DNA of 64,000 nt from the NCBI GenBank assembly GCA_965215265.1, contig OZ244048.1, positions 3,584,001-3,648,000 of the forward strand. The letters run 5' to 3'. Numbering within the stretch: the stretch's first letter is position 1; every line of letters starts with the position of its first letter. The notes beneath the pieces are model-generated. The model saw nothing but the letters and a program-made list of their open reading frames with translations. It did no database searches and was not told where the DNA came from. Source of the stretch: Candidatus Poribacteria bacterium (GTDB lineage: Bacteria; Poribacteria; WGA-4E; WGA-3G). A program made the translations under genes and the position numbers. Shown one piece after another: positions 55,734-64,000 of this stretch.

Positions 55734-58403
55734 TTATTTGCCTAGGCTAATCATATTAGCAAAAAGACGGTACGCGCCCTCCACACCAGCGGGTAGTTGA
55801 CGATAAAAGGCATAAGCGGCATAGATATACGTGCCTTCCCCATACTCTGCGTAAAGGAAGCCTCCATGTTGCGGTTCTTGTTCCCGATCGTTGCACGACA
55901 GTAGTGCCAGATAGTTTGCATCCCATTCGGTTAGGAATTTTGAACCGCGTTCCTCAACCCAATCCTCAAAATCTGCTGTCGTAATTTGATTAGGGAAATG
56001 GAAAATCCGATTATGGGGTTGCAAGATGCTGACCGAGGCATCTTCCTCTGAAACTTCTTCTGGCCTCCTACCCATTGTATAAGGATAGGGCCCGAACGGA
56101 GCAGCATCAAACTCCGGAGTCTGATATTGCACGATGAGATTACCGCCATTATGCACGTAATCAAGAAGGCGACTGTTATAGGCGATGAGGTCACGGCGAA
56201 CAGCATAAGCACGAATTCCGACGAGAATCGTATCATACTGTTTCAAATCGCCTGTACGCAGCTCCTCACGGTTAAGCATTTGCACCTCGACACCTAATTG
56301 CTGCAAAGCCTCTGCAACCTTATCGCCTACGCCCATGATGTATCCGACTCGCAAATTTTGCGGGCGTTTGACTTTAATAGCGTTGAGTAGCATTGTAGCA
56401 GGACGATATAGGTGACGAGGCTCCAGATCTGGATGCTCAATTGCTTGATAACCGGTACTGTATTCTTTACCGTTGTAAGTCGCAATTGCCTGAATTGTGT
56501 AATTTTTGCGGGCTTCGATGTTCTGTGCCGATACAAGGAAGTTAAACGTCCGACTCGCCCCTTGGTGTGTAAAAGAAAAAGGAATCGATTCTGGAGCAGC
56601 AGTCCAACCGTGAGGGAGTTGAAGCACAACCCCTCCTTCAGCCTGTCCTCTGACGTTATTTAGCACCTCCACCGTTGTAGAAAAAAGTTGTTCACTATCG
56701 TCTTCCTGGACCGGAATAACGCCGATGCGTGGCGAAATTGTTAGACTGAGTGCTGGCGCGACGGTTAGTAAACGCCTTTTTTCGCCCCAGGGCCGGTTAA
56801 TAGATACCGTCTCTACCGGTTGTTTCAGTCTAAAAGCCACACCATTAACGCGATAGGTTAAAATACCGTGAACTTCCGGAGGGGCAAAAGGCTCAAAACG
56901 GAATTCCGGTTGGTTAAGTGTGTAAACAGCATCATGGTATTCGGACGCACGTGTCCAATACGGTTGTGTATAGCCTGCATCGGGCGGAACCTCTACTTCA
57001 AACTCAAGAGTGACAGGCGCATTTTTTTGCAGACGTGTTATTTGCCCTGCTGCTTCTCCAGATTGAATTTTGCGGACATTCCAACCTTCCGGAGTGTGGA
57101 GGAATGCATCAACAAGGACAGTTTCAATATCAGTCGGATTCACCATTCGCATCGTAATGGAAAACTTTTGCCCTGGAATTGCGACAGTGAAGGTTTCAGA
57201 CGAGCCGGATGTAGCTTGTGCACGTACTTCTAGCGACAGTCCAAGTGCTGCGTTTGCTGCTATCATAAACTCCTGTTCCTTATTCCGGAGTAAGAAAAGC
57301 AGATGGGAGCGTGTGGTATCACCAAGTTCTGCCTGCTTTATCTTTTCGATTAAATCGCGTGTCGTTTTTAAACCGATGGCAAGGTACTCTATCACTTCCC
57401 AAGGTTTCCGGGCATCAAAAATACGCAGTGCCGCCTCAACGTTTTTATCAAGTTGTACAAAATCCGCATCTAACGTTGACACGTTAGCAAATGTCGACAT
57501 ACTGCTAATTGTGGTATCCACCCCATCAAAAATACTTGTCTCAGCACCTGTTTTGGGCAATGTTGAATCGACTAACCTCAATTCAGCAAACAAAGCGCCT
57601 TTGGATGCGCGCGTCTGCCCTACCCCTTGCGATCGTTGGTAGCTAAGCCCCTTGCGTGCAATTTGATGGTAAGAGAGCCCGAGCAAAGGATTGTACTCAC
57701 CTATATCAATTTTTAGGGGCTGCGGATCCGTGATATCCGTCTCGCTCTCGCTGCGTCTCCATCGTGAACGTGTAATATAGAGTTTCTTCGGTTGCCAGGG
57801 TTGGATTCCTTCCTGACTATGTTCAGGAAAACGTGTTGCATCCGCTGCGGCACGGAACGCTTCTAACGTGACAACCCCTGAAGCCTGATGGTGTCCATGT
57901 CCATCTTGACGGTTTCCTTGAAAACGCGAGATGATGACATCGGGGCGGTACTGGCGAATCAACCGGACCATATCCTCCAATAACATCTGATAGTCCCATT
58001 TCTCCAGCGTTTCGTCCAACCTTTTAGAATAGCCGAAGTCTACTGCCCTGCTAAAAAACAGATCAACTCCGTAGTGGTATGCTGCGGCCAGATGCTCCTC
58101 TGTCCGGACAATTCCTAATGCATCAAACAGTTCCGGGCCGATGAGGTTCGCACCGCCTTCTCCGCGTGTTGTTGAGTATAATCCCGTTCTAACTCCTTGC
58201 CCTCGGCTGAGCCAGGTTAACAACGAACCATTTTCATCGTCAGGATGAGCGACAGTATGTAGAACGGTAGCAGTTGTCTGTAAACGTTGCAAAGCACGCC
58301 AAACTTCTGCTGCATGAGTCGCGTTAAAGATTTCACTAGTCCCTGCCATTGCTACGGACCCCCCTATTATGAACGTGAATATAAAGATAGTGAAGCTCTT
58401 CAT
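55734..58403 (-). CDS. PIG-L family deacetylase with a NEW3-like domain (secreted)
   Basis: AHPDDE, TRGEGG, DFGYSK, HGHH, C-terminal YRQLPAGV.GAYRL. Confidence 0.88.
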   Translation of the reverse strand: MKSFTIFIFTFIIGGSVAMAGTSEIFNATHAAEVWRALQRLQTTATVLHTVAHPDDENGSLLTWLSRGQGVRTGLYSTTRGEGGANLIGPELFDALGIVRTEEHLAAAYHYGVDLFFSRAVDFGYSKRLDETLEKWDYQMLLEDMVRLIRQYRPDVIISRFQGNRQDGHGHHQASGVVTLEAFRAAADATRFPEHSQEGIQPWQPKKLYITRSRWRRSESETDITDPQPLKIDIGEYNPLLGLSYHQIARKGLSYQRSQGVGQTRASKGALFAELRLVDSTLPKTGAETSIFDGVDTTISSMSTFANVSTLDADFVQLDKNVEAALRIFDARKPWEVIEYLAIGLKTTRDLIEKIKQAELGDTTRSHLLFLLRNKEQEFMIAANAALGLSLEVRAQATSGSSETFTVAIPGQKFSITMRMVNPTDIETVLVDAFLHTPEGWNVRKIQSGEAAGQITRLQKNAPVTLEFEVEVPPDAGYTQPYWTRASEYHDAVYTLNQPEFRFEPFAPPEVHGILTYRVNGVAFRLKQPVETVSINRPWGEKRRLLTVAPALSLTISPRIGVIPVQEDDSEQLFSTTVEVLNNVRGQAEGGVVLQLPHGWTAAPESIPFSFTHQGASRTFNFLVSAQNIEARKNYTIQAIATYNGKEYSTGYQAIEHPDLEPRHLYRPATMLLNAIKVKRPQNLRVGYIMGVGDKVAEALQQLGVEVQMLNREELRTGDLKQYDTILVGIRAYAVRRDLIAYNSRLLDYVHNGGNLIVQYQTPEFDAAPFGPYPYTMGRRPEEVSEEDASVSILQPHNRIFHFPNQITTADFEDWVEERGSKFLTEWDANYLALLSCNDREQEPQHGGFLYAEYGEGTYIYAAYAFYRQLPAGVEGAYRLFANMISLGK

Positions 58404-59239
58404 GAGTCATGACTCCTTTCAGCCAATGCGTGCCGGAGCATCTCCACGGTTTGTGGGACACCATTCTGCGCATCTGCTTTCCCTTCAAATTCAATAGATA
58501 CATATCCGTGAAACCCGACAGAATTCAGAATTTCCGCTATTTTAGCATAATCCAATTCTAATGTATACCACTCGCCTCCGCCGTAATAGCTTTTGGCATG
58601 AACAAGTACGGTTTCATCGGCAATCTGCCTGAGTTTTTCGTACGGGTCGGAAAGAAAATTCCCGCAATCCATTGTCACCTTCAACCAATCTGAGTTAATA
58701 GCGGAAACGATATGATTCACGCCATGGGGCGTACATGTTAACCCCCAATGATTTTCAAGCGCAAGGACGACTCCGTACCTCTCAGCATCCGGGAGGCACT
58801 GTTCAATGGCAGCAATAACCCAAGCGAATGCCTCATCCTCAGTGTGCCCGGGGAGTGTTGGTTCTTGTCCCTCTAATTTCATCAATTCATTAAAAGACCC
58901 GGCGGTACCCCATCGTCCAGAGTTAAGTCGAATCGCGGGGATACCGAGCTCATGCGCCAACCGGATGCAATGAATCGTATGATTAATGTTTTTTTGTCGC
59001 GTTTCGATATTTGGTGAAACGAAGCCCTGATGAATAGAGAGGGCATACAGATCGAGTCCATGAAGAAAGGCATGCCGCTTCAGTTTTTGAAGATAAGAAT
59101 TTGCTTCGGATACCATTTGTTGATGAAGAATCTCAACGCCATCAAGTTCAAGACGCGCGGCTGCCTCAATGACATGCTCAATGGGCACGCGCTCAGGTGT
59201 GAAATGCCAATAGGAATAAGTAGATACGCCAAGTTTCAT
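58400..59239 (-). CDS. Sugar phosphate isomerase/epimerase (xylose isomerase-like TIM barrel)
   Basis: LENHWG, DCGNF, HAK, SIEFEG. Confidence 0.85.
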   Translation of the reverse strand: MKLGVSTYSYWHFTPERVPIEHVIEAAARLELDGVEILHQQMVSEANSYLQKLKRHAFLHGLDLYALSIHQGFVSPNIETRQKNINHTIHCIRLAHELGIPAIRLNSGRWGTAGSFNELMKLEGQEPTLPGHTEDEAFAWVIAAIEQCLPDAERYGVVLALENHWGLTCTPHGVNHIVSAINSDWLKVTMDCGNFLSDPYEKLRQIADETVLVHAKSYYGGGEWYTLELDYAKIAEILNSVGFHGYVSIEFEGKADAQNGVPQTVEMLRHALAERSHDS

Positions 59240-59381
59240 AGATCATAATCCTTCTAAATGATAATGCACTTTCCGTTTTAATAAATTTGTGGTATTTATT
59301 GATTTAACTTCCAGTATGTCTGCAGCATATTTCACGGTAATTACGTCTACATCTGTGTGTATTCTGTTGATTTTTTTAAAG

Positions 59382-59448
59382 TAAAACCGGCCGATACTCT
59401 CTATAGGAGGTGACGGCCGGTTTTATTGGATGGGTTGAAAAACCCATC
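59382..59448 (-). terminator. Hairpins downstream of the DUF4159 gene (probable intrinsic terminator)
   Basis: TAAAACCGGCCG...CGGCCGGTTTTA (59382-59425) and GATGGGTT..AACCCATC. Confidence 0.6.
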
Positions 59449-59499
59449 TCACATATCCAAAAACTGCGTTATCCCAAAATACCTACTAAAACGGCGGGA

Positions 59500-60978
59500 C
59501 TATTCAAACCCACCAACTTTCGCGGCTTCAGGCGCACGCGTCGGAAGCTCCTTCTTCGCTAAGGTGTCTTCTGGCACATAACCCGAGTAATCCGAAATCG
59601 AACCATGCGTCAACGCATACACCACTACGTTCGTCATAAAACGATATACACCCGGCGAATAGTGGACACTCCGCGTTGGAAGACTTACAGACTCCATCGC
59701 GCACATATAGTCACGCCGCACAACGATAACCGACAACTTTTCACCCACGGAGATACCTTCAAGGTAATTCCGTTTCGGTGGACGGGTGCCCCACCAGAAA
59801 ATGTCAAAACCGACCGGCGGACCGCCCATTTCGTAGAAGTTATTGTAGACCTCATGATCGTTGTCAATCCGCTCAATTTGATATTCTGGCATGACATATC
59901 GCATTTGTGCGAGGAAGAGTCGAATCATCGCCTGCGCGGGTGCGTTCACACCGCAGTCATCAAAGACGAGGAAGCCGCCTTTTTCGACCAGGTACCGCCT
60001 CATACCGGCGGCTTCGGTTTCGCTGAGTCGGCTATCCATCTTACCGCCGCCATATTGCCGTCCGAGTAGGTTCCGCGAACGAACGAGTGACGGATCATGT
60101 CCTGTCATAAACACAAAGGGTGTTTTCAACAAGTTTGCATCAGTCAGTTTCAAGGCACCGCCTTCAACGTTCATGTCTGTCTTAATTTTAGTACGTTCGT
60201 TGAGCCACTTTGTCAATGCATTCAGTGAGGATGCATCTGCCCACCAGTCAGAGAGACTGTGACGGATACGTGTAAAACGGAAGACACCGCGGATGTCGCG
60301 GCCTTTACCAATCACACGGCCACCGGGTTCGCCTCTGGGGAGGGGCGGCACTTCAACGTTCCCGAGTGTAATATTCTCAACGACATCACCGAGTGCGTCG
60401 CGTGCGGCACCCACATGTTCAACCATCGCGAGCCCGGGTGGACGTTCAAATGCGACTTTTACCTGCACTGCCCCGCCTGCCACACCGCGTGCGATGTTCG
60501 CAGGACCCGCAGACGGCGCGGTTGCAACAGGCGCTGAGAACGCTAACGCACCCGGTGCATCTGAAACCGGCAGGTCTGTGTGCGTCACCACTTGCGGCAC
60601 CGGCGCGTTCGGTGTCACCACTTTCGGGACATTCGGGTTAATCGGTGCGTCAACTTTAACGGCTTGATTGGAAAATTCTAGCACCGTCTGCGGTTGGAAG
60701 TTTGACTTCGCAACAAACGCGGTGGTGACACGCGGTTGGACTTGAACTTGTTCCACAACCACAGTATTCTGAGTTGGAACGGTTGGCTTAATAACTGGTT
60801 TGACGACAGGTTTACGAACCTTCGGTTTCGGGGGTTCCTTCGGTTGAAGAACTTCAGCACCTACGAGATCTTTGAACTGTTCTGTTTGGCTGACCAGGTA
60901 GAATCCGGCGATCAGGATAACGATTCCGTGAATCACCACTGAAGTCATCAACGCTCCTGAGGTTCTTTTTGCGCTCAT
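59500..60978 (-). CDS. DUF4159 domain membrane-anchored protein with a Pro-rich linker
   Basis: SVVIHG TM anchor; PFVFMTGH, GGFLVFDDCG, NVVVYALT; start taken at ATG 60978 after GGAGG. Confidence 0.8.
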   Translation of the reverse strand: MSAKRTSGALMTSVVIHGIVILIAGFYLVSQTEQFKDLVGAEVLQPKEPPKPKVRKPVVKPVIKPTVPTQNTVVVEQVQVQPRVTTAFVAKSNFQPQTVLEFSNQAVKVDAPINPNVPKVVTPNAPVPQVVTHTDLPVSDAPGALAFSAPVATAPSAGPANIARGVAGGAVQVKVAFERPPGLAMVEHVGAARDALGDVVENITLGNVEVPPLPRGEPGGRVIGKGRDIRGVFRFTRIRHSLSDWWADASSLNALTKWLNERTKIKTDMNVEGGALKLTDANLLKTPFVFMTGHDPSLVRSRNLLGRQYGGGKMDSRLSETEAAGMRRYLVEKGGFLVFDDCGVNAPAQAMIRLFLAQMRYVMPEYQIERIDNDHEVYNNFYEMGGPPVGFDIFWWGTRPPKRNYLEGISVGEKLSVIVVRRDYMCAMESVSLPTRSVHYSPGVYRFMTNVVVYALTHGSISDYSGYVPEDTLAKKELPTRAPEAAKVGGFE

Positions 60979-61050
60979 TATTTTACCTCCAAGGGGTTTT
61001 GCAAAAATAAACTTAGAATCCAAAAATAAGATGTTGATGCTAAAGATATG

Positions 61051-61066
61051 TGCAAGTTATATGCCA
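61051..61066 (-). promoter_or_regulatory. Sigma54 (-24/-12) promoter
   Basis: Minus strand TGGCAT-ATAAC-TTGCA upstream of the DUF4159 gene. Confidence 0.7.
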
Positions 61067-61188
61067 ATTGCTCCTATTCAACATGAATAAGGCAAGTTTA
61101 GTCTGAACGTTCCTGTGTCTATCTGTTCAGAGCCGCTTTCCATGATACGTTGAAGTTGACATATCTCCATGCATCAACAAGGTTACGC

Positions 61189-61234
61189 TGCACGAAAAGG
61201 GGCAGCTATTTTTTACGCTGCACAAAAAGGGGCA
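61189..61234. promoter_or_regulatory. Paired NtrC-like enhancer sites (TGCAC-N6-GGGCA x2)
   Basis: Direct repeat TTACGCTGCACRAAAAGGGGCA with a 30-bp period, about 125 bp upstream of the sigma54 promoter. Confidence 0.6.
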
Positions 61235-61276
61235 ATTTTGGTAAATAGAACACCCTTTGTGTTGCGATATTGTCCG

Positions 61277-61924
61277 TTAGGGTGCTTTATCTTCTGATGT
61301 GGTGAAAAACTTCGTGAGTCGCCAACTCCCTCTATCTGTCCAAGTAAAGATATTCGTATTGTTCTGTGTGATACTATCCAACTGTTGAATCATCCATTCA
61401 TCCTTTTTCTTTACGAGATAGAGTTGTGTCTCACCGGGAAACGCTCCTTTAAAGCAGTTAAACCCGACGGCACTCGCTTCGTTCCGACGAATCCAAAAGT
61501 GTGACAACTGATCGTTCTGTCCCCACTTGCTTCCCTTTGTACCGATACCTCCCCATAATCCGAGTATGCCAATTCTCACATCGTTCCACCCATCTGCGAT
61601 GGGAACCGGTTCGTTACCGGCAAAGACAGTGCCGAATGAAATAGAGCCTGTATCAAACGTTGCGGCAACCGCTTTAATATCGTTATCGTTAAAGGCTTTA
61701 TAGAAGGCACTGTAGACTTCTTGAATAGCCTGTTTCTCAACTTCAAAATCGACGGGTCTACTCGCCACAATAGGTCCTTCGTCAGCAGGACTCGTAGGCG
61801 AGGAACTTGTTTCCGGTTTTTCAGCGGTTTCTTCTGCATCGTCGCCGCCGCAGCCAACAATGCTAACGCTCGCGATGCCCATAACGAATAGGACAATTAC
61901 GAGCCACCTTAATCTCAATTGCAT
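61277..61924 (-). CDS. Lipoprotein with an NTF2/SnoaL-like domain
   Basis: Lipobox IVGC; domain paralogous to the region of about aa 655-790 of the 102-2702 protein. Confidence 0.75.
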   Translation of the reverse strand: MQLRLRWLVIVLFVMGIASVSIVGCGGDDAEETAEKPETSSSPTSPADEGPIVASRPVDFEVEKQAIQEVYSAFYKAFNDNDIKAVAATFDTGSISFGTVFAGNEPVPIADGWNDVRIGILGLWGGIGTKGSKWGQNDQLSHFWIRRNEASAVGFNCFKGAFPGETQLYLVKKKDEWMIQQLDSITQNNTNIFTWTDRGSWRLTKFFTTSEDKAP

Positions 61925-62180
61925 TTTCTAAATTCCTCCTTTGGGCTTTTCAATAGCATCAAGGAATCGTCTTGTGATTAAGACGAATTTTTCTTAAGAT
62001 ACTGTTCAAGTTAAAATATTATAGTTTATAAAAAAAAATATGTCAAGTTAATTTTATCAGAAAAAATTAAGGACGTTATACTCACTTTTTTTCAAGAAAT
62101 ATTCTCACAAGGTTTCTTAACAAGATTACTCTGGCGAAGCCGAAATTGATTGAGAGTAGATATTCATTCCGAAGGTAAAC

Positions 62181-63347
62181 TTATTTAAGAAGCGTACAAA
62201 AGGCTTGGATCACATCGGAGACTTGGATTTCGGGCATGCATCCGTCTATTCCAAATCGACACGAAGTTCCGAGGCATGGTGGGCACTCCTGCTCCCTCCG
62301 AATCGTCTGACACTGCGCGCCTACAGGACCAAAACGGGCGGGGTCGCCGGGGCCGTACAGTCCGATGGTCGGTATACCGACTGCTGCTGCGAGATGCATC
62401 GGGCCGCTATCGTTGCCTATAAATATATGAGATATATACAAAATTGATGCCAATTGCTGAAAGGTTGTTTTGCCGGCAAGATTCGTTGATTGCTCCCGCA
62501 TGTAACCTTGAATTTGCGTGACGATCGGAATTTCATCCTGTACGCCGACAAAGAGAATTTCTGCACGTTTTTGTGCAATTAGCCAATCGGCGAGTTTGGC
62601 ATAACGTTCCGGTTTCCACCGTTTAAGCGCAATCGGGGAGCCCGGATGGATAGCAACTAACGGATATACTGTTGAGCCTATCGTAGTATTTGGCAAGACA
62701 GTTGAATTAATTCCGTTCGCCTTTAGGAAATTAAATGCCCATCTTTTATCCTCTTCTGTCACTTGAAATTTAGGAATTTTCACCGGCGTTGGAATACCTG
62801 CACGCGCTAAGACATCAAGATTGCGCGTGGTTTCATGTGTACCGGAGAATCGAAAGAATCCTTTAACACACAACTTTTGATGCAAAAAGTTAGCAATCTG
62901 TAAGGTTGCCCGGTCAAGCCGTTTTGGTGCAACTCGAAAGAGTGCGCAGCAGACAATACGCCAATCGCTACGTAATTCTACTAACGCATCATATTTTTGC
63001 TGACGTAACTGGTGGTAGAGTTTAATTGTCTCCCAGAGCCCTGTCGGCGAGTCGTCTACACGACAAAAAAACGGTGAATTGTATTCAATTATCTTATTAA
63101 CATCCGGATGGTTTTCCATAACCATGCGACTCCAGGCACCGGTAAGTGCGTGCAGCTCGGCATCCGGGTACGCACGACGCAAATTGGAAAACACCGGTGT
63201 CGCTAACAACACATCTCCGAGATGATCGAGTTTGACAACGAGGATGCGTTGTGGCATCCAATCGCTCGGTAACCTGCTGTGATAAAAGAGGCACTGGAGA
63301 GCCGCAGACACGATTAACGTGAAAATTTCCTTTAAATTCCGAAGCAT
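62181..63347 (-). CDS. Glycosyltransferase family 9 (LPS heptosyltransferase-like)
   Basis: LGDVLL, HPGS...KRW, GNDSGPMHLAAA. Confidence 0.9.
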   Translation of the reverse strand: MLRNLKEIFTLIVSAALQCLFYHSRLPSDWMPQRILVVKLDHLGDVLLATPVFSNLRRAYPDAELHALTGAWSRMVMENHPDVNKIIEYNSPFFCRVDDSPTGLWETIKLYHQLRQQKYDALVELRSDWRIVCCALFRVAPKRLDRATLQIANFLHQKLCVKGFFRFSGTHETTRNLDVLARAGIPTPVKIPKFQVTEEDKRWAFNFLKANGINSTVLPNTTIGSTVYPLVAIHPGSPIALKRWKPERYAKLADWLIAQKRAEILFVGVQDEIPIVTQIQGYMREQSTNLAGKTTFQQLASILYISHIFIGNDSGPMHLAAAVGIPTIGLYGPGDPARFGPVGAQCQTIRREQECPPCLGTSCRFGIDGCMPEIQVSDVIQAFCTLLK

Positions 63348-63435
63348 GGTTCTACAGTATAACAGATTTATAGGATAACTGTCAAATATTTGCTTGTGTA
63401 GAGGTAACGTTAGGAACGCGGCACCAAAAACTAAC

Positions 63436-63464
63436 TTGCATTCGCAAGTAGATTCTGCTATACT
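63436..63464 (+). promoter_or_regulatory. Sigma70 promoter (extended -10)
   Basis: TTGCAT-N17-TATACT with TG. Confidence 0.55.
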
Positions 63465-63507
63465 ACTTTCAAGTGTTTTTTTTAGAGTTGGAGTCGGACG
63501 CGGGTGT

Positions 63508-64000
63508 ATGCAGTTTATTAAACACTTCTCAGAGATTGATGATGCAGATCTTTCGAGCGTCGGCGGTAAAACGTTGAACCTCGGAAAACTGATGCGAGGC
63601 GGGTTCCCTGTCCCTAAAGGTTTCTGTGTAACAACAGCTGCCTATCGATTCGTAATGGGCATAGGTACTGTGGAATCAGATGCCGTTAAAAGTATTGCGT
63701 TAGCCCCAGAACTTATCGCGGAAATTGAAGAGGCATATAAGACTTTGCAGACTGGCACGGTGGCTGTTCGTTCCAGTGCAACTGCTGAAGATTTACCGGA
63801 TGCAAGCTTCGCTGGACAACAAGATACGTTTTTAAACGTAAATCCGGAGACGCTTTTAGACGCACTGAAAGCATGTTGGGCTTCTCTCTGGTCCGAACGT
63901 GCTATCGCCTATCGGCAAATCCAAGGCATTCCCGAAGAAGGATTAGCTATGGCAGTTATCATCCAAGAGATGTGCACAGCGGATGTCTCCGGTGTCATGT
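63508..64000 (+). CDS. PEP/pyruvate-binding domain protein (PEP synthase or rifampin-phosphotransferase-like), truncated by the window edge
   Basis: MQFIKHFSEID...VGGK..NLG...FPVPKGFCVTT, VAVRSSATAEDLPDASFAGQQDT. Confidence 0.85.
   Translation, partial: MQFIKHFSEIDDADLSSVGGKTLNLGKLMRGGFPVPKGFCVTTAAYRFVMGIGTVESDAVKSIALAPELIAEIEEAYKTLQTGTVAVRSSATAEDLPDASFAGQQDTFLNVNPETLLDALKACWASLWSERAIAYRQIQGIPEEGLAMAVIIQEMCTADVSGVM

Overview
Bacterial chromosomal window. The gene content strongly suggests Candidatus Poribacteria (inference): secreted WD40 proteins with dockerin-like tails, NYPNP-type C-terminal sorting domains, and several PhyH and Gfo/Idh/MocA enzymes. Most of the window is housekeeping or metabolic (aspartate kinase, thrC, recD2, queG, pheA, an rpoE/anti-sigma/RseB-like cluster, UPF0182, a BamA-like protein, GT9). 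Five things stand out. (1) An unexplained ~65-85 bp dispersed repeat family with two conserved boxes at fixed spacing around a variable ~20-nt core. Six copies cluster at 4855-5601 and further copies bracket a phyH gene at 39444-40562. (2) Two genes broken by an in-frame UGA followed by SECIS-like hairpins: a PrdB/GrdB-like UxxC protein and a DUF5069-like protein absent from the ORF track. (3) A three-gene restriction-like defence locus: HEPN-DUF499 ATPase, DUF1156 methyltransferase and GIY-YIG. (4) Two sigma54 promoters that share paired TGCAC-N6-GGGCA enhancer-like sites. (5) Several MITE/REP-like elements and a collapsed Uma2-like gene. All family assignments come from motif recognition by eye; no database searches were run.
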